NCBI GenBank assembly: GCA_032718475.1 | Contig: JAUCBJ010003179.1 | Coordinates: forward strand, 1 to 64,000 | Reading direction: 5' to 3' | Length of the DNA stretch: 64,000 nt | Origin: Nemertoderma westbladi | Taxonomy: Eukaryota; Animalia; Xenacoelomorpha | In this document: positions 51,552 through 64,000 of the stretch, one piece after another | Numbering within the stretch: the first letter of the stretch is position 1 | Layout: every line of letters begins with the position of its first letter | The notes under the pieces: generated by a model | Told to the model about the DNA's origin: nothing | Database searches by the model: none | What the model saw: the letters and a program-made list of their open reading frames with translations, nothing else | Made by a program: the position numbers and the translations under genes

Positions 51552-54500
51552 TAATTGGCCCGAAATGTATAATAATAATTAAAAGGTGGGTAAGATATAT
51601 TGTCGAACATGTATTATTTTTACATTGGGTGGGAAGAAAAATAGATAGTAATACTGAAAGAAACTTGAATTAGTAGGCAAGTAGGGACATAATATCAAAT
51701 TTTTTTGATGGATATGTTATTTCGGGACACACCATACCAATCGTTTGATTTCGCATGATTTCCGTTTTCTTATTTTACGCTTTAGCACATTGAAGAAAAT
51801 AACCAATGCTCTTATTTCATATTCTGAAGTTATATATTCGTATTCCTCTGCTATTACACATGTTTATTTAGCTACTGTAAAGTGTAACTAGCTGTGGTTC
51901 TGTATCTATATACATGATAATGTGAAAATTACGCCAATGAAACTCAAAGTATTGATATATTGTATTCAATTGATTTAGGCTACTTGCTATACATGTTAGC
52001 CAATTAAGATAGTATAAGGTTGTGGGTTAACATAAAATGCCTGCATAAATTAAATACATTGTCAATAGTCTATGCACTAAAGTCAGTGTTCCAAACGCAC
52101 CAATTACCATTTGGGACCCTAACTGAACTGAAGCCATTTCATCGGAACACCTGATGGATTGGCTAACAATTAATTAGACTTAATATATGCTATCCGACAT
52201 GCACCAGTTGCACCTGTATATTTCCTTGACGCGCCGACATAACTAACACAACTTTAACCAACTGATCATTAGTGAAGTGTGGGGTAACACACAATGTGCG
52301 ATATAACACATGGTGTTTTAGGTAATTAACTACATCTAAATTAATTCACCAATATGCGATCAGCATTCTGATAATATTTTATTGTCATCTTACTTAAACT
52401 CCAAACAACCGAGTTGAGGTCTGATAGATCTATGACAAACAATCTATGACATAGTTGAGGTCTAATGGGGGGGGGGGGGGGGGGGGGGGGGGGGGTCGGT
52501 TAGGTAGAAGTAGCCTGTGTAATTCTCAGCAGTATCGGATATTTTGATTGTCCATGCAAAGGCGAGATCTTAAGACACAAAATGTTCATAAAATTTACGC
52601 AAGAAAGTAGGGAAATAAGATTAGTGCATCAGCACGTTTCGCCCTAATCACATGATTCGATTTTTCTTGAAAATGTTGTTGACGTAACTTGTGCCAAAGG
52701 GTGACCTACCTGAAAACTATATCATTTTTTTTGTATTTGTTACGAAATTGGAAATACTAGAAAAATATTATATCTGTAAATATATTTTTGTGAAACTGCC
52801 CTATCGTGAAAATGTATGTTTATACACAAACCCGAGATCATGATGTCGCAAAACTTATGGTGTATCATGGTCACTCACAAAGTCTAACATCGCAACATCC
52901 CGTTGGTACAAACGGTAAGATAGAAAAATGTTAGGGTTAATGAAACGAAAAAAAATACAACTATTGCTTGGGAAGACCGCCAGTACGAAATGTTTCTTCA
53001 ATCAATACGTTGACGATCACTGCACAACACGTTAACATAACATTGTATATTTTCCATGCAGTAAAATGATTAGTTAACATTTCATTTTATTTTATTCTTC
53101 AATTAAGATGCGCAATAATGTAAGCCAATCAATAGGATAAACGTTAGGATAGTCGTTAACCAAAATAATGCACCATAGTGCATGCTGATCATGTACCAAA
53201 TGGTATTGTCTATCACTGAAACACCGTTAGATTCGGGACCAAAAGAATAAGATTACGTTAGATAGCGATAAGCAGTTTGGAGATAAAAGCCTCAACAAGC
53301 AATTGGCAAGGCGAGTGCACATCCATGGCAAGGTACGGAACCTACAATCAATAGATGACCGTCATACGCCACACAAACTCTTGGAGATGTGTCAATCTAT
53401 GAAAATATGAAATCTGACAAGCAGTGATTGACTCTGGTTGCACCTGTTAGAATGGAAGAGGGGAAACTTATCTATACGTTTAACCTTAACTCGACATGAA
53501 TGGAGAGGCCCTTAGTAGTCATAGAACAGGGCCCATTGCCATGTACAACAGACACGCCACTCGGAGTGGAACAAAAGTTTGCTAACAATAATTGTTAACA
53601 GTTAGGAAAACCCCAGAGACACTCTTCTTTGTTGTCCCACTTAAATGGATAGCGAAATTGAATGGCCTTAGGTAAACTCCAAAATCGGGAGTCAAAAAAA
53701 TTACAGCTAGGATCTTCAACCACCATAAGCAAATGTGAACGTTATGTCTCTCTACGATCTAGAATAGTGAAGGATATTTTTGTAGCTTAATTTTTTGTTA
53801 AATTGCTCCTCAAAAGACAATGTAAATGTTAAGGATATAAAACAGTTATTAAAATTAAGCAAACATAGGAGTGAGGCGAGCCACGAATTCAGTTAGCCTT
53901 GTCTGTTTAATACTGGCCATATGGGCATTGTATCTCTGTCTGGCTCAAAAATTAAACGGCCTGTTAAATTGATGAAAATTTGTATGTGTGTAGCAGAAAA
54001 AGATGGTTCTATAAAGTTAACTGAATTGCATACTCCTATATAATGTATAATATATACTTATTCGGGTTCCCGACCCAAGCACAACGTGTATATATTTAAA
54101 TAATTTAACGTGTATATACGGCCCCGAGGCTATAATATAGTAAGTCTTAGGGTATATTTTCGCACAGTTTAGTTAAAAAAACACGCAACCTTCGAACGTC
54201 CATATCTCAGATATATTTTGCAACGAAATTACGATTTTTTTCAGATTTGGAATTCAATGTGTCCAAATAGGTTGTTAGCCCGGTGCCTCCAGGGAATTGA
54301 TGTAGGCATATTTTTAATAATGTCGATCATTACCTGCCATTATAAAGGTATTAAACCATCAGAAAAAACAAACTATGTTGATCAACAACCCTTTGATGCA
54401 CCGACTGTAATCACGCGGCTTATAGTAAAGTAGAAAGACCTAACGGAGTTCACCAAAGGCCCGATTAATCCTATATTAAATAACCCTAATAGGATGTCAA

Positions 54501-57260
54501 CAGTTAATCCTTAATAGGGAACTTAATGAGCAGCAATGATGCTCCCAGAGGTTGCGCACACCTGTGTCTTTGCGGGCCCAATCGGTTCAAACAGATTCCG
54601 CTATACCTGAGAAAGAGGACCCAAAATTCAACTCAAACCACGTGGATGGATTGTCAACCAATAGCAGGTGGATGGATATATGACAGTCCATTATTATCGG
54701 ATTATATTTTGTAGGTTATATGTGGTATAATAATGCTATAGCAGTTATGATGTTTCTGGCGGCCCCATCGCTTTGATGCCGGCGGCGGTTTTCGGTGCCG
54801 CACTCACAGAGGACCAGTCACTTTCTGCGAAAACTTAATCGTGCTACCGAATCAAAACGCATTCTTTCTTGACGCTTAAAAGTGAGATCGCTGTTGGTGG
54901 ACATGGTAGAGAACAATAATTAATTAAAGCAATGATACATCCCCGGCAAACCTCTATCAAGTAAGCAGCACAGAATCGAATGCGTTGTCCATTGGGCCCG
55001 TTGGGTGCTTCATAATACATACATGTATAGTTTCATCGATCACTGAATGCTAAATATTTCTACTTAACTAACCCAACCCAACTCATTGAATGGGAAGGGC
55101 TGTAGCGGTTTCGGTACACATCATACCCTCGCACCTGTGCAACAATTATTGACCATCAACATAGTACCCTACAACATATACCGTACCGTACCTTGAGTAA
55201 GCCGGGTAAAGCATTTTCCGCATGTTATGGAGGAACAATGGGGTGATAAATTAATATTTGAAAGGTATAAACGGTGGCATGATGGTCATAGGTTTGTTTG
55301 TTAGTGCAGTGGAGGATAGTTAGGCCATCAGGAATGTTCGACCGATCCTGCTACACTTCATCTTGCCTGGACCGCATCTTAACTAATCATAAAGGGAATC
55401 TCAGATTTAGAGGTACTTCGCAATCGGTCGATAATATTTCTGGGCAATCTATTTGCTTGACAATATCAATATTTTCATGCGGTTGATGTTGTACCATTTG
55501 TGCTTATTGTGTAATAATTGGAACAAAGTTTTATTGAACGATAACATATCAATTTATCTACGTAAGCTGCTGGGCCTATTGTGTTAGAAAATTCAAAACA
55601 TGGTGGTACTTATTTATGCCTTAAGCTTACCACCCACCTCCTGGGTTTGCCAATCCAAAGGATGCGTCTCCCAATGTATTTGGCATTTGGCAGTGAGTTC
55701 ATCACTTACTGTCATATGTAGTTACATGGTCTATCACTTGCTGCAGCTAGACCATGCAATTTGCGTCTCCCAGACACAGGTTGCAGTTTTGTCAACACTC
55801 AACCTGGCACTTCAAACTTCAGCTATTCATAGATAACCTTCTTCCTGGTTCCTTCTTTGGCTTTCTAGACACCTGCAACCGAGTAATAGGAAAGGTCCGA
55901 CCTGGACTAGTAGAGGGCTTCCATTTCTATGATATTACAGTATACCGTCCGGTGACAGGTTGTACACTTTGTGTACACTTTTTGTACTAATTGTCGAGAC
56001 ACTAGTTTGTACACTTTTGAACAGCATTAGTACATGTTGTACTGAATTACTCTGTCATAGTAGTAGCAGAAAACACACTTTAATCGTAGTATACATCTAC
56101 CTGACCTGACCACAACAAGAGCAATAACATGCAACGAGTACGCTTTAGAGACCAGAACACCGGTTCTCGGTGTAAAATATTTATTTTAAAATAAAGTTAT
56201 TCGAGCAATAGATCGAATCGCAATATTTTTCGAAGCTGTTATTTAAGTCGATTTTCCCAGGGAGAGGCATGAATTTTTGAATTATGATTGCTCAAAAGTC
56301 CCCCTCCCTATCCGAAGTTTGGATACAATTACTCTAAATTGGTAATTAATAGCTAAACTTTTAGTTTTGCAATTAACCGTTTGCGGAGACTATGCGTGAC
56401 CTATAGTGTAATCGACGCATTTAGATTTACTGCAACTAAATAAAAAACTTACTGTAGACTGTTAGTTGTAAATAGCGTGAGAAATTGCATTCAATATTGT
56501 GTTACGTTACTGAGTCGCTCATATGAGAGTTGTATAAGGCGCCGTATTGAAGCATATAATACACAACCGGCACTATTCATAAGAACGCTAACAAACTGAG
56601 CATATTTACTTATCAACTGTTTTAGTTTGATTTAATCTTATGTGAAGTGCTACTTTCTCACAGTGGCTTAAAGCCGTTCGATAACCATTTTAACAATCAT
56701 ACATACTTCACATTGATCAAATAAATATTCATTCCCGTGCCAGTGCAGTAATATGCGTCCTATACAGGAGAAATAGTTACTTGTAAGAACTACCCCCCCC
56801 CCCCCCCTCCCCCCCCACCCCTCACTATTAATTATAGTCCCTACCTACCCAACATGGTAGCAACGCCGTTGACAACACTGATAATAATACTGGTTCTAAA
56901 ATTGTTATTATAAAATATCCAAATATAATTTTATCATTAGGTTTATTAACATTTAGTCTCATGCGCATTTAGCTTATATCATATCATCATTATGATATTG
57001 TATTCTTGGTTAATTGCGATTTTAAAAAGAAAATAAAATAGATAATGTAATGGCGGTGATTATGTTTCTGATTGTTTTACTTAATTGTTTAGAAAACAAA
57101 CTATATACACAAAATGCATCACATCGATATAAGAATATGTTACTAAAATACAACAGTAACCACAATTATATAATATTTAAACAAACGTGCTATGAGAGTT
57201 TCTGAGTTCTGTTTCTCTAAGAGTTAATGATGCTGTGGGATTACAATGTCTTAAATCACT

Positions 57261-60200
57261 TTAAGGTTTGCGATCCATTAACTGTAGACTTTTATCGTCG
57301 TCAATGATTTGCTCGATTCTAAAACGCTGAAAAATAATTAAAAAATAAATAAACTCCACTAAATTTGGGAAACTTCGAACATGCAGGATAATTTGAATGT
57401 TCAAACGACAGCTGTAAACTCACTTGTTTGATTTGGAGTAGGCCTACTGTCAAGTAATTGAAAACAATCAAATGCCGATACGAAACAACCACGTTGTTAA
57501 TGACTTTATAATTGTTCAGGTTTTAAATTTCGTTTATAGTCCGGCAGATATATGGCGTTTTTTCAGTGAACCTTGCATTGGGGACCAGAGGCGGCAATAA
57601 ACTCATCTTACACCAGAGGCGACAATAAACTCATCTTACACCGGAGGCGACAATAAACTCATCTTACACCGGAGGCGACAATAAACTCATCTTACACCGG
57701 AGGCGACAATAAACTCATCTTACACCGGAGGCGACAATAAACTCATCTTACACCGGAGGCGACATAAACTCATTTTACACCGCAGGCCACAATAAACTCA
57801 TCTTACACCGGGGGCGACAATAAACTCATCTTACACAGGAGGCGACAATAAACTCATTTTACACCGGAGGCGACAATAAACTCATCTTACACTGGAGGCG
57901 ACATAAACTCATTTTACACCGGAGGCCACAATAAACTCATCTTACACCGGAGGCGACTTTATACTTGTTCAGGTTTTAAATTTCGTTTATAGTCCGGCAG
58001 ATATATGGCGTTTTTTCAGTGAACCTTGCATTGGGGACCAGAGGCGGCAATAAACTCATCTTACACCAGAGGCGACAATAAACTCATCTTACACCGGAGG
58101 CGACAATAAACTCATCTTACACCGGAGGCGACAATAAACTCATCTTACACCGGAGGCGACAATAAACTCATCTTACACCGGAGGCGACAATAAACTCATC
58201 TTACACCGGAGGCGACATAAACTCATTTTACACCGCAGGCCACAATAAACTCATCTTACACCGGGGGCGACAATAAACTCATCTTACACAGGAGGCGACA
58301 ATAAACTCATTTTACACCGGAGGCGACAATAAACTCATCTTACACTGGAGGCGACAATAAACTCATCTTACACAGGAGGCGACAATAAACTCATCTTACA
58401 CCGGAGGCGACCATAAACTCATCTTACACCGGAGGCGACAATAAACTCATCTTACACCGGAGGCGACAATAAACTCATCTAACACCGGAGGCGACAAAAA
58501 CTCATCTTAGACCTGAGGCGACACAAATCTCATCTTACACTGGAGGCGACAATAAACTCATCATACACCGGAGGCGACCAAAACTCATCTTAGACCTGAG
58601 GCGACACAAATCTCATCTTCCACCGGAGGCGACAATAAACTCATCTTACACCGGAGGCAACAATAAACTCATTTTACATCGGATGCGACAATAAACTCAT
58701 CTTACACCGGAGGCGACAATAAACTCATCTTACACCGGAGGCGACACTAATCTTATCTTACACCGGAGGCGACAATAAACTCATCTTACATCGGAGGTGA
58801 CAATGAACCCATCTTATACCGGAGGCAACAATAAATTCATCTTACACCGGAGGCGACAATAAACTCATCTTACACCGGAGGCGACACTAATCTTATCTTA
58901 CACCGGAGGCGACAATAAGCTCATCTTACACCGGAGGTGACAATAAACTCATCTCACACCAGAGGCGATAATAAACTCATCTTACACCGGAGGCGACAAT
59001 AAACTCATCTTACACCGGAGGCGACACTAATCTTATCTTACACCGGAGGCGACAATAAGCTCATCTTACACCGGAGGTGACAATAAACTCATCTCACACC
59101 AGAGGCGATAATAAACTCATCTTACACCTGAGGCGACAATAAACTCATCTTAGACCTGAGCGACACAAATCTTATCTTACACCGGAGGCGACAATAAACT
59201 CATCTTACATCGGAGGCGACAACAAACCCATCTTACACCGGAGGCGATAATAAACTCATCTTACACCGGAGGCGTCATTAAACTCTCTTGCACAAACACC
59301 AACACTAAACTCGCCTTACACTCAATCCTTACACTTCAAGACCCCTGACACCGGAGGCGACACCACTAATCCCCTCTTACACAGGAGGCGACTCGAAATT
59401 ATGCTTACACCAAATGAGACACTAAACTCCCCTTGCACCGGAGTTTAACACTAAACTCCTCTTACACAGGAGGCGACAATAAACATATTTTACACCGGAA
59501 GCGATACCAAACATATCTTATAGCGGGGAGGTCGACTAATCAGTCCTTTCACGTAATTACGCCTCTAAAGAACACTGGCCTTGAAGGTGCGGATGATCAC
59601 GCGAAAGTCCTGGAGATAGTGAGTTGTGGCGGCAAATGTCGATACGCCGGTATATCATTCTTAATGCAACATGTCGATTACAGATAGATGCTTTCACTAT
59701 AGGAAATCACTATATATATTTTAGAAGAAATATTTAATTGTTGGGTGGTGCTCTGGGCTCACCAACCTGTAGTCTGTCCAGGTGATCGTCCATTCTCCTG
59801 TCCTCTAGGTCCGGAGGTAGCAGACACTCTAGCCGTACCGCTTTCAGTGCCGTCGGTTGACTAGCTATCAGATACTCAATTTCATCATGGCGAACTTTCT
59901 GATAGCGCAACCGCATCACTCGAAGTCTATTACGGGCCTCAGCCGCTCTATATAGAATTAAAAATAACAAGAAATAGCTTATGTTCCAAATAATGGTTTG
60001 TTTAACACTGGATTTGTTTAACACAGATTATATATCTATAGATATATATTTTTATACATATACATATATGAATTAATGGACGATTAATATATACAATGAA
60101 TGATTTTTAGATATCGATTGTATTGTTAATAAGCCCGACGTAGAGTGAGAGAAGGGAAGAAAATAGAACGAAAGAAATAGAAATAGAACTTTCATTTAAT

Positions 60201-60880
60201 GTTTTGACTAACATAAAATATGAAGATGAGAGAGAGAATTGGGAACAGTTTCGAAGCAAAACTCAGTATAAGGTGGTGGTGTATTAAATGGTATATATAA
60301 ATCCAAGATGATTCACTGATACCCCCCCCCCCCCCCCCCCCCCACCTATAAAGTTTAAAAGGGGGAAATATCGTTGCAATATAAATACTGTTTTCAACTG
60401 TCCAAGTTTAGTTGACATCATTTATAAAAAGATTCAAGTTGTAAAATTGGTACACATTTGGACGGAACAAATAGCATATTAGGGCATACACCCTAAATTG
60501 ATTACTACGAGATTATATCTCGTAAGACTAAGATAGAGGGATATATAGAATACACTGTAATAGAGGGACTATCTAATATTCCATGGTATAACTCAAAGAA
60601 TCTCCCACAGATTAAAGTTCTGATTTCTCAAATGGCCATTAAACTTTCAGAGTTTCGCGGTGACAGTAGTGTCTATTTGGACTGGACTAAAAACTATAAA
60701 AGGTTCACAGTCATCGTGTACGCAAAGTCCACACGTTTTGTCTTAATAATTCTTAACTTAAATTAATTTGAATTTAATTTACTTTGTAACACATTACATT
60801 ATACTTACTTCAACTGTCCTATTAACTTCTCCTCACGTTCGTTTCCAAGACTTTTATCCAAATGGTGACTTGTAACTTGA
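57261..60880 (-). CDS. LKAAEAR1: LKAAEAR motif-containing protein 1 homologue, last three coding exons
   Basis: Exons 60880-60809, 59947-59767 and 57326-57261 splice in phase to ..EEKLIGQLKAAEARNRLRVMRLRYQKVRHDEIEYLIASQPTALKAVRLECLLPP..LDRLQRFRIEQIIDDDKSLQLMDRKP*; 5' exons not identified in window. Confidence 0.9.
57585..59520. repeat. 28-bp intronic minisatellite with 453-bp segmental duplication
   Basis: Unit AATAAACTCATCTTACACCGGAGGCGAC; decays after ~59280; unique flank ~57505-57590 recurs at ~57958-58045. Confidence 0.96.
59560..59685 (+). mobile_element. Short degenerate RTE 3' fragment
   Basis: AAGAACACTGGCCTTGAAGGTGCGGATGATC..GAGTTGTGGCGG matches ~27062-27190. Confidence 0.75.
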
Positions 60881-60917
60881 CTGAAACAGAATAAAATTGA
60901 ACTAAATGAACCCTTAA

Positions 60918-63277
60918 CCCTTTGAGTCCCATGGATCAACAGGTGATCCATGACATAGTGCGCCATGGATCAGATGTTGATCCATGACATTAATGTGTTT
61001 CTACGGGTCCATAGGTAGGTACAGCGCATAAATAATCACTCATTTCGAATAGCCCGCGCATTAGGCTTTCATTTGATACCTAAATAAAAGTCTGGATGTC
61101 ATGTTCCTGCTCATGAACCGGTACAACACACCTACAACTGCAGTACTGACACTCTTCTACTTCAGTAATTGTGGGGCGTTTTCATTAATTTTTTAAGTAG
61201 GCCTAGTTAGGATGAGTAGGCCTGTTAGGAGGAAGAACCCTGTCAAGTATTATGGTTTTCACCGGGAAAGTGAGGATGAGGTGCTATCGGACGAAAGTGA
61301 AACTGGTGGCGATGAAAGCGAATCCGGAGGAGATAAAGGTGAAACCGACGATGATGAGAGTAGCAGTGGAAGCGAGAGTGACAGTAGCGATTCTAGTAAT
61401 ACCAGCACCAGTACTTCGACGTGGAACTTTATGGAGGCAGGAACCGACGCCTATGCTACGAACCACTTTATTCCTTTTACTGGAACGGTTGGGTTGGGTA
61501 GGAGGAATCGATACAGATGAAAGTGACGCAATCGACTACATGAAGCTGTTTCTAACCGATGAAATATTCGAAGCTATCAAAGACTGGACAAATAAACGGG
61601 CCAGACAGTTTTTTTTAGATGCTGCAGCAGCAGGTGTTGCTGGGAGTACCGGTACAAGTAGTTCTAGAACTTGGAAGGATATAAGCCTTTTAGAGTTGAA
61701 GAAGTTTATTGGATTAACCATGCAAATGGGTCTAATAAGAAAACCGGATATACGATCTTATTGGGCGACTGACGAATTAATGTCAACTCCATTCTTTTTG
61801 AATCCCGGGTCGATGAGCAGAAACCGATACCTAGACATACTCAAGTTCTTGCGATTAGCAGATCCTGACAATGTTATACCAGATAAAAGAGAAACACGCG
61901 TTAACGATTTTTTAAATATTGTGAACAAAAACTGTCAGATCTATAAACCGGATGTAAATTTAGCTTTAGATGAATCTCTCGTACTACACAAAGGTAGACT
62001 CAAATTCAAGGTATTTATTCGCACTAAACGTGCTAGGTTTGGAATAAAACTTTTTATCTTATGTGACTCCGAGGGATACATGATAAACTCGATGGTGTAT
62101 TACGGTAAATCCTCGGAAATACCGCAGGTTGTTTCTACACCACCATTATCTCACAGTGAAAACATTGTAGCTCTCTTGTTTCAGCGCTCAGATTTATTAG
62201 ATAAAGGCCACATTTTCCATGTCGACAATTGGTACTGCAGTATCCGATTAGCTGAGTTCTTGTTGGAACATAACACTGGAATTAGGGGAACAATCAGGCC
62301 TAACCGAGGTGTACCCCTGGCCTTGAAATCGTTTGCTCAGCAGCCGATCTAATCTAAATTTATGAGGAAAGATTCTATTTTGATTGTGAAATTTACTGAC
62401 AAAAGGGATGTGTATTTTTTATCGACTGTCGACGACGCTGATCTGACTCCTATATCTCGCATTGTTCGGGGAGGTGATACTATCAATTATGATAAGCCAA
62501 CGGCCATTGACCAATACAATAAGAAAATGGGAGGCGTAGATGTACAAGACCAACTTATTGCGTATTACAATCCGGTTAGAAAAAGCCACGCATGGTTTAA
62601 AAAAATTGGTTTCAGTTTTATGATGCGTTTACTAATCAATGCATTTCTTCTTTATAAACGGGAAAAGAACAGCAAAGAACGATTGGTTCCATTTATAAAG
62701 AAAGCAGTCCTGTGGTTGACTGGTATCAAGTGTGCGAGCCCATTGAAGCGTACTGCAACATCTTACCTGACAGACCAACAATCTACTTCACAAGATTCCG
62801 ACAATTCGACGCTGCATTCAATAAAACTTCTACCCCCAACTAGTAAGGTGCATAAGCCTAGATATCGTTGTCGTGTTTGCTATGCAAAAGGTAAAAATGT
62901 ACTTACACGGTGTTATTGCCCAGATTGTCCAAATAAACCCGGTTTATGTATTGGTTGTGCTGGTGAATGGCACAAAAATGTCGGTTTGTAATATAATAAT
63001 GTTATCAAACGTATTATTAATAAATCTTCAATAATTGTTTACATTGTTTTACGAAAATATATATTATATTATATATATATATAAAATATATATATATTAT
63101 ATATATAAAATATATATATTATGTATATAAAATATATTATATATCTATTGTATATAATTGTTGTACAATATTGCCGATTCTATGTCAAAATATACGCTGT
63201 GAAAACCATATTTTGCCGGTGGTATTTTGGTCGGCGCACCATATGTTCAGAAATTTGTGGTATCGGTACTTAAAGGG
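60918..63277 (+). mobile_element. Full-length piggyBac DNA transposon
   Basis: TTAA TSDs (60914-60917, 63278-63281); TIR CCCTTT(G/A)AGT(C/A)CC; two palindromic CATGGATC..GATCCATG subterminal repeats; (AT)n tract near 63055-63150. Confidence 0.96.
61212..62991 (+). pseudogene. piggyBac transposase (PGBD4-like), disrupted
   Basis: Acidic N-terminus; catalytic motifs LDES, VDNWY and GGVDVQDQ; C-terminal Cys-rich domain; frameshift at ~61497 and in-frame TAA at 62350-62352. Confidence 0.93.
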
Positions 63278-64000
63278 TTAAAAACGTAATAATTTGATTG
63301 AGAGTTGTTGTTACTCGTAGATCGGCTCTTACTGACGTACTATTGTGGTAGGGAGTCAACGACCACTAGGTCAAACCCTCACATGCAAACTCCAAACCAC
63401 AATCTAGGGAGTAATTTATCCAGTTACATCTATTCTATTCCAAACAGATGTACAAATATATCAGGAGCACCAATACAATTAACTAAGGATAGGTTGAATA
63501 CTACAGAACAGCCCTATTAAAAGTCTCTTTGGACGAAAACGCACATCTACATAATTAGCGATGCTGTATGTGTTGTGTAAGCTTCAATATAGTTCGGTAG
63601 TATTCCCTTCGTGTATGCATTCACAGCTCACGCACTAGTGTACATAAGGGTTTAGTACAATTACTTACTACTACACTCTAAATGGGTAGCTCCCCTTTTA
63701 GTTTAGGTTAGTTACAGAACGATATTTTCTAACAGAGGTTACTGACCTATCGAACATGGCCAATCTCTGATGTACCGGAGTTACTTTAGTTAGTTACACG
63801 TTGCAATTTTTCAGTTTCTATATTTCCCAGATGTGCGGGCTGATGCGCTGCGCCTTTAAGTGTGTATAACTTAAAAATAAATTATACAAGTTTCGCCAGG
63901 CGTAATACTTATACTCCTTCCGGTAGACTGTCCTCAGGCTATAATCAGTTGTAAAACACGTTCGTGGGACGTCGAGCAGCACGCGAACTTGAGCATGTTC

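Noticed and set aside
63820-64000. Upstream LKAAEAR1 exon
   Set aside because: The open minus-strand frame does not resemble the expected N-terminus and no phase-2 donor was evident

Overview
AT-rich, intron-containing eukaryotic (animal-like, probably invertebrate) genomic DNA, heavily loaded with repeats. Genes reconstructed by hand from phase-compatible GT-AG junctions: (1) a minus-strand 8-coding-exon transcription factor (34775-48943) with a degenerate SNAG-like N-terminus (MPGSFLVGE) and eight Fez/Gfi-like C2H2 fingers; (2) the 3' three exons of an LKAAEAR1 homologue (57261-60880, minus); (3) two unrecognised spliced ORFs facing away from each other (8222-9500 minus; 23303-24838 plus). 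Mobile DNA includes a near-intact piggyBac (TTAA TSDs, two lesions), a 5'-truncated RTE LINE with TSD plus two 3' fragments, a CRE-like RLE fragment, an RTE-X/L2-like fragment, two tRNA-derived SINEs, many non-autonomous TIR elements and a five-layer nested stack at 13.9-22.8 kb. Seven unrelated 28-38 bp minisatellite families are present. The most unusual signal is that two intronic arrays are in-register amplifications of their host gene's own 5' splice site, and a third intronic array also carries a sense-strand donor hexamer. All calls are by eye; no database searches were run.
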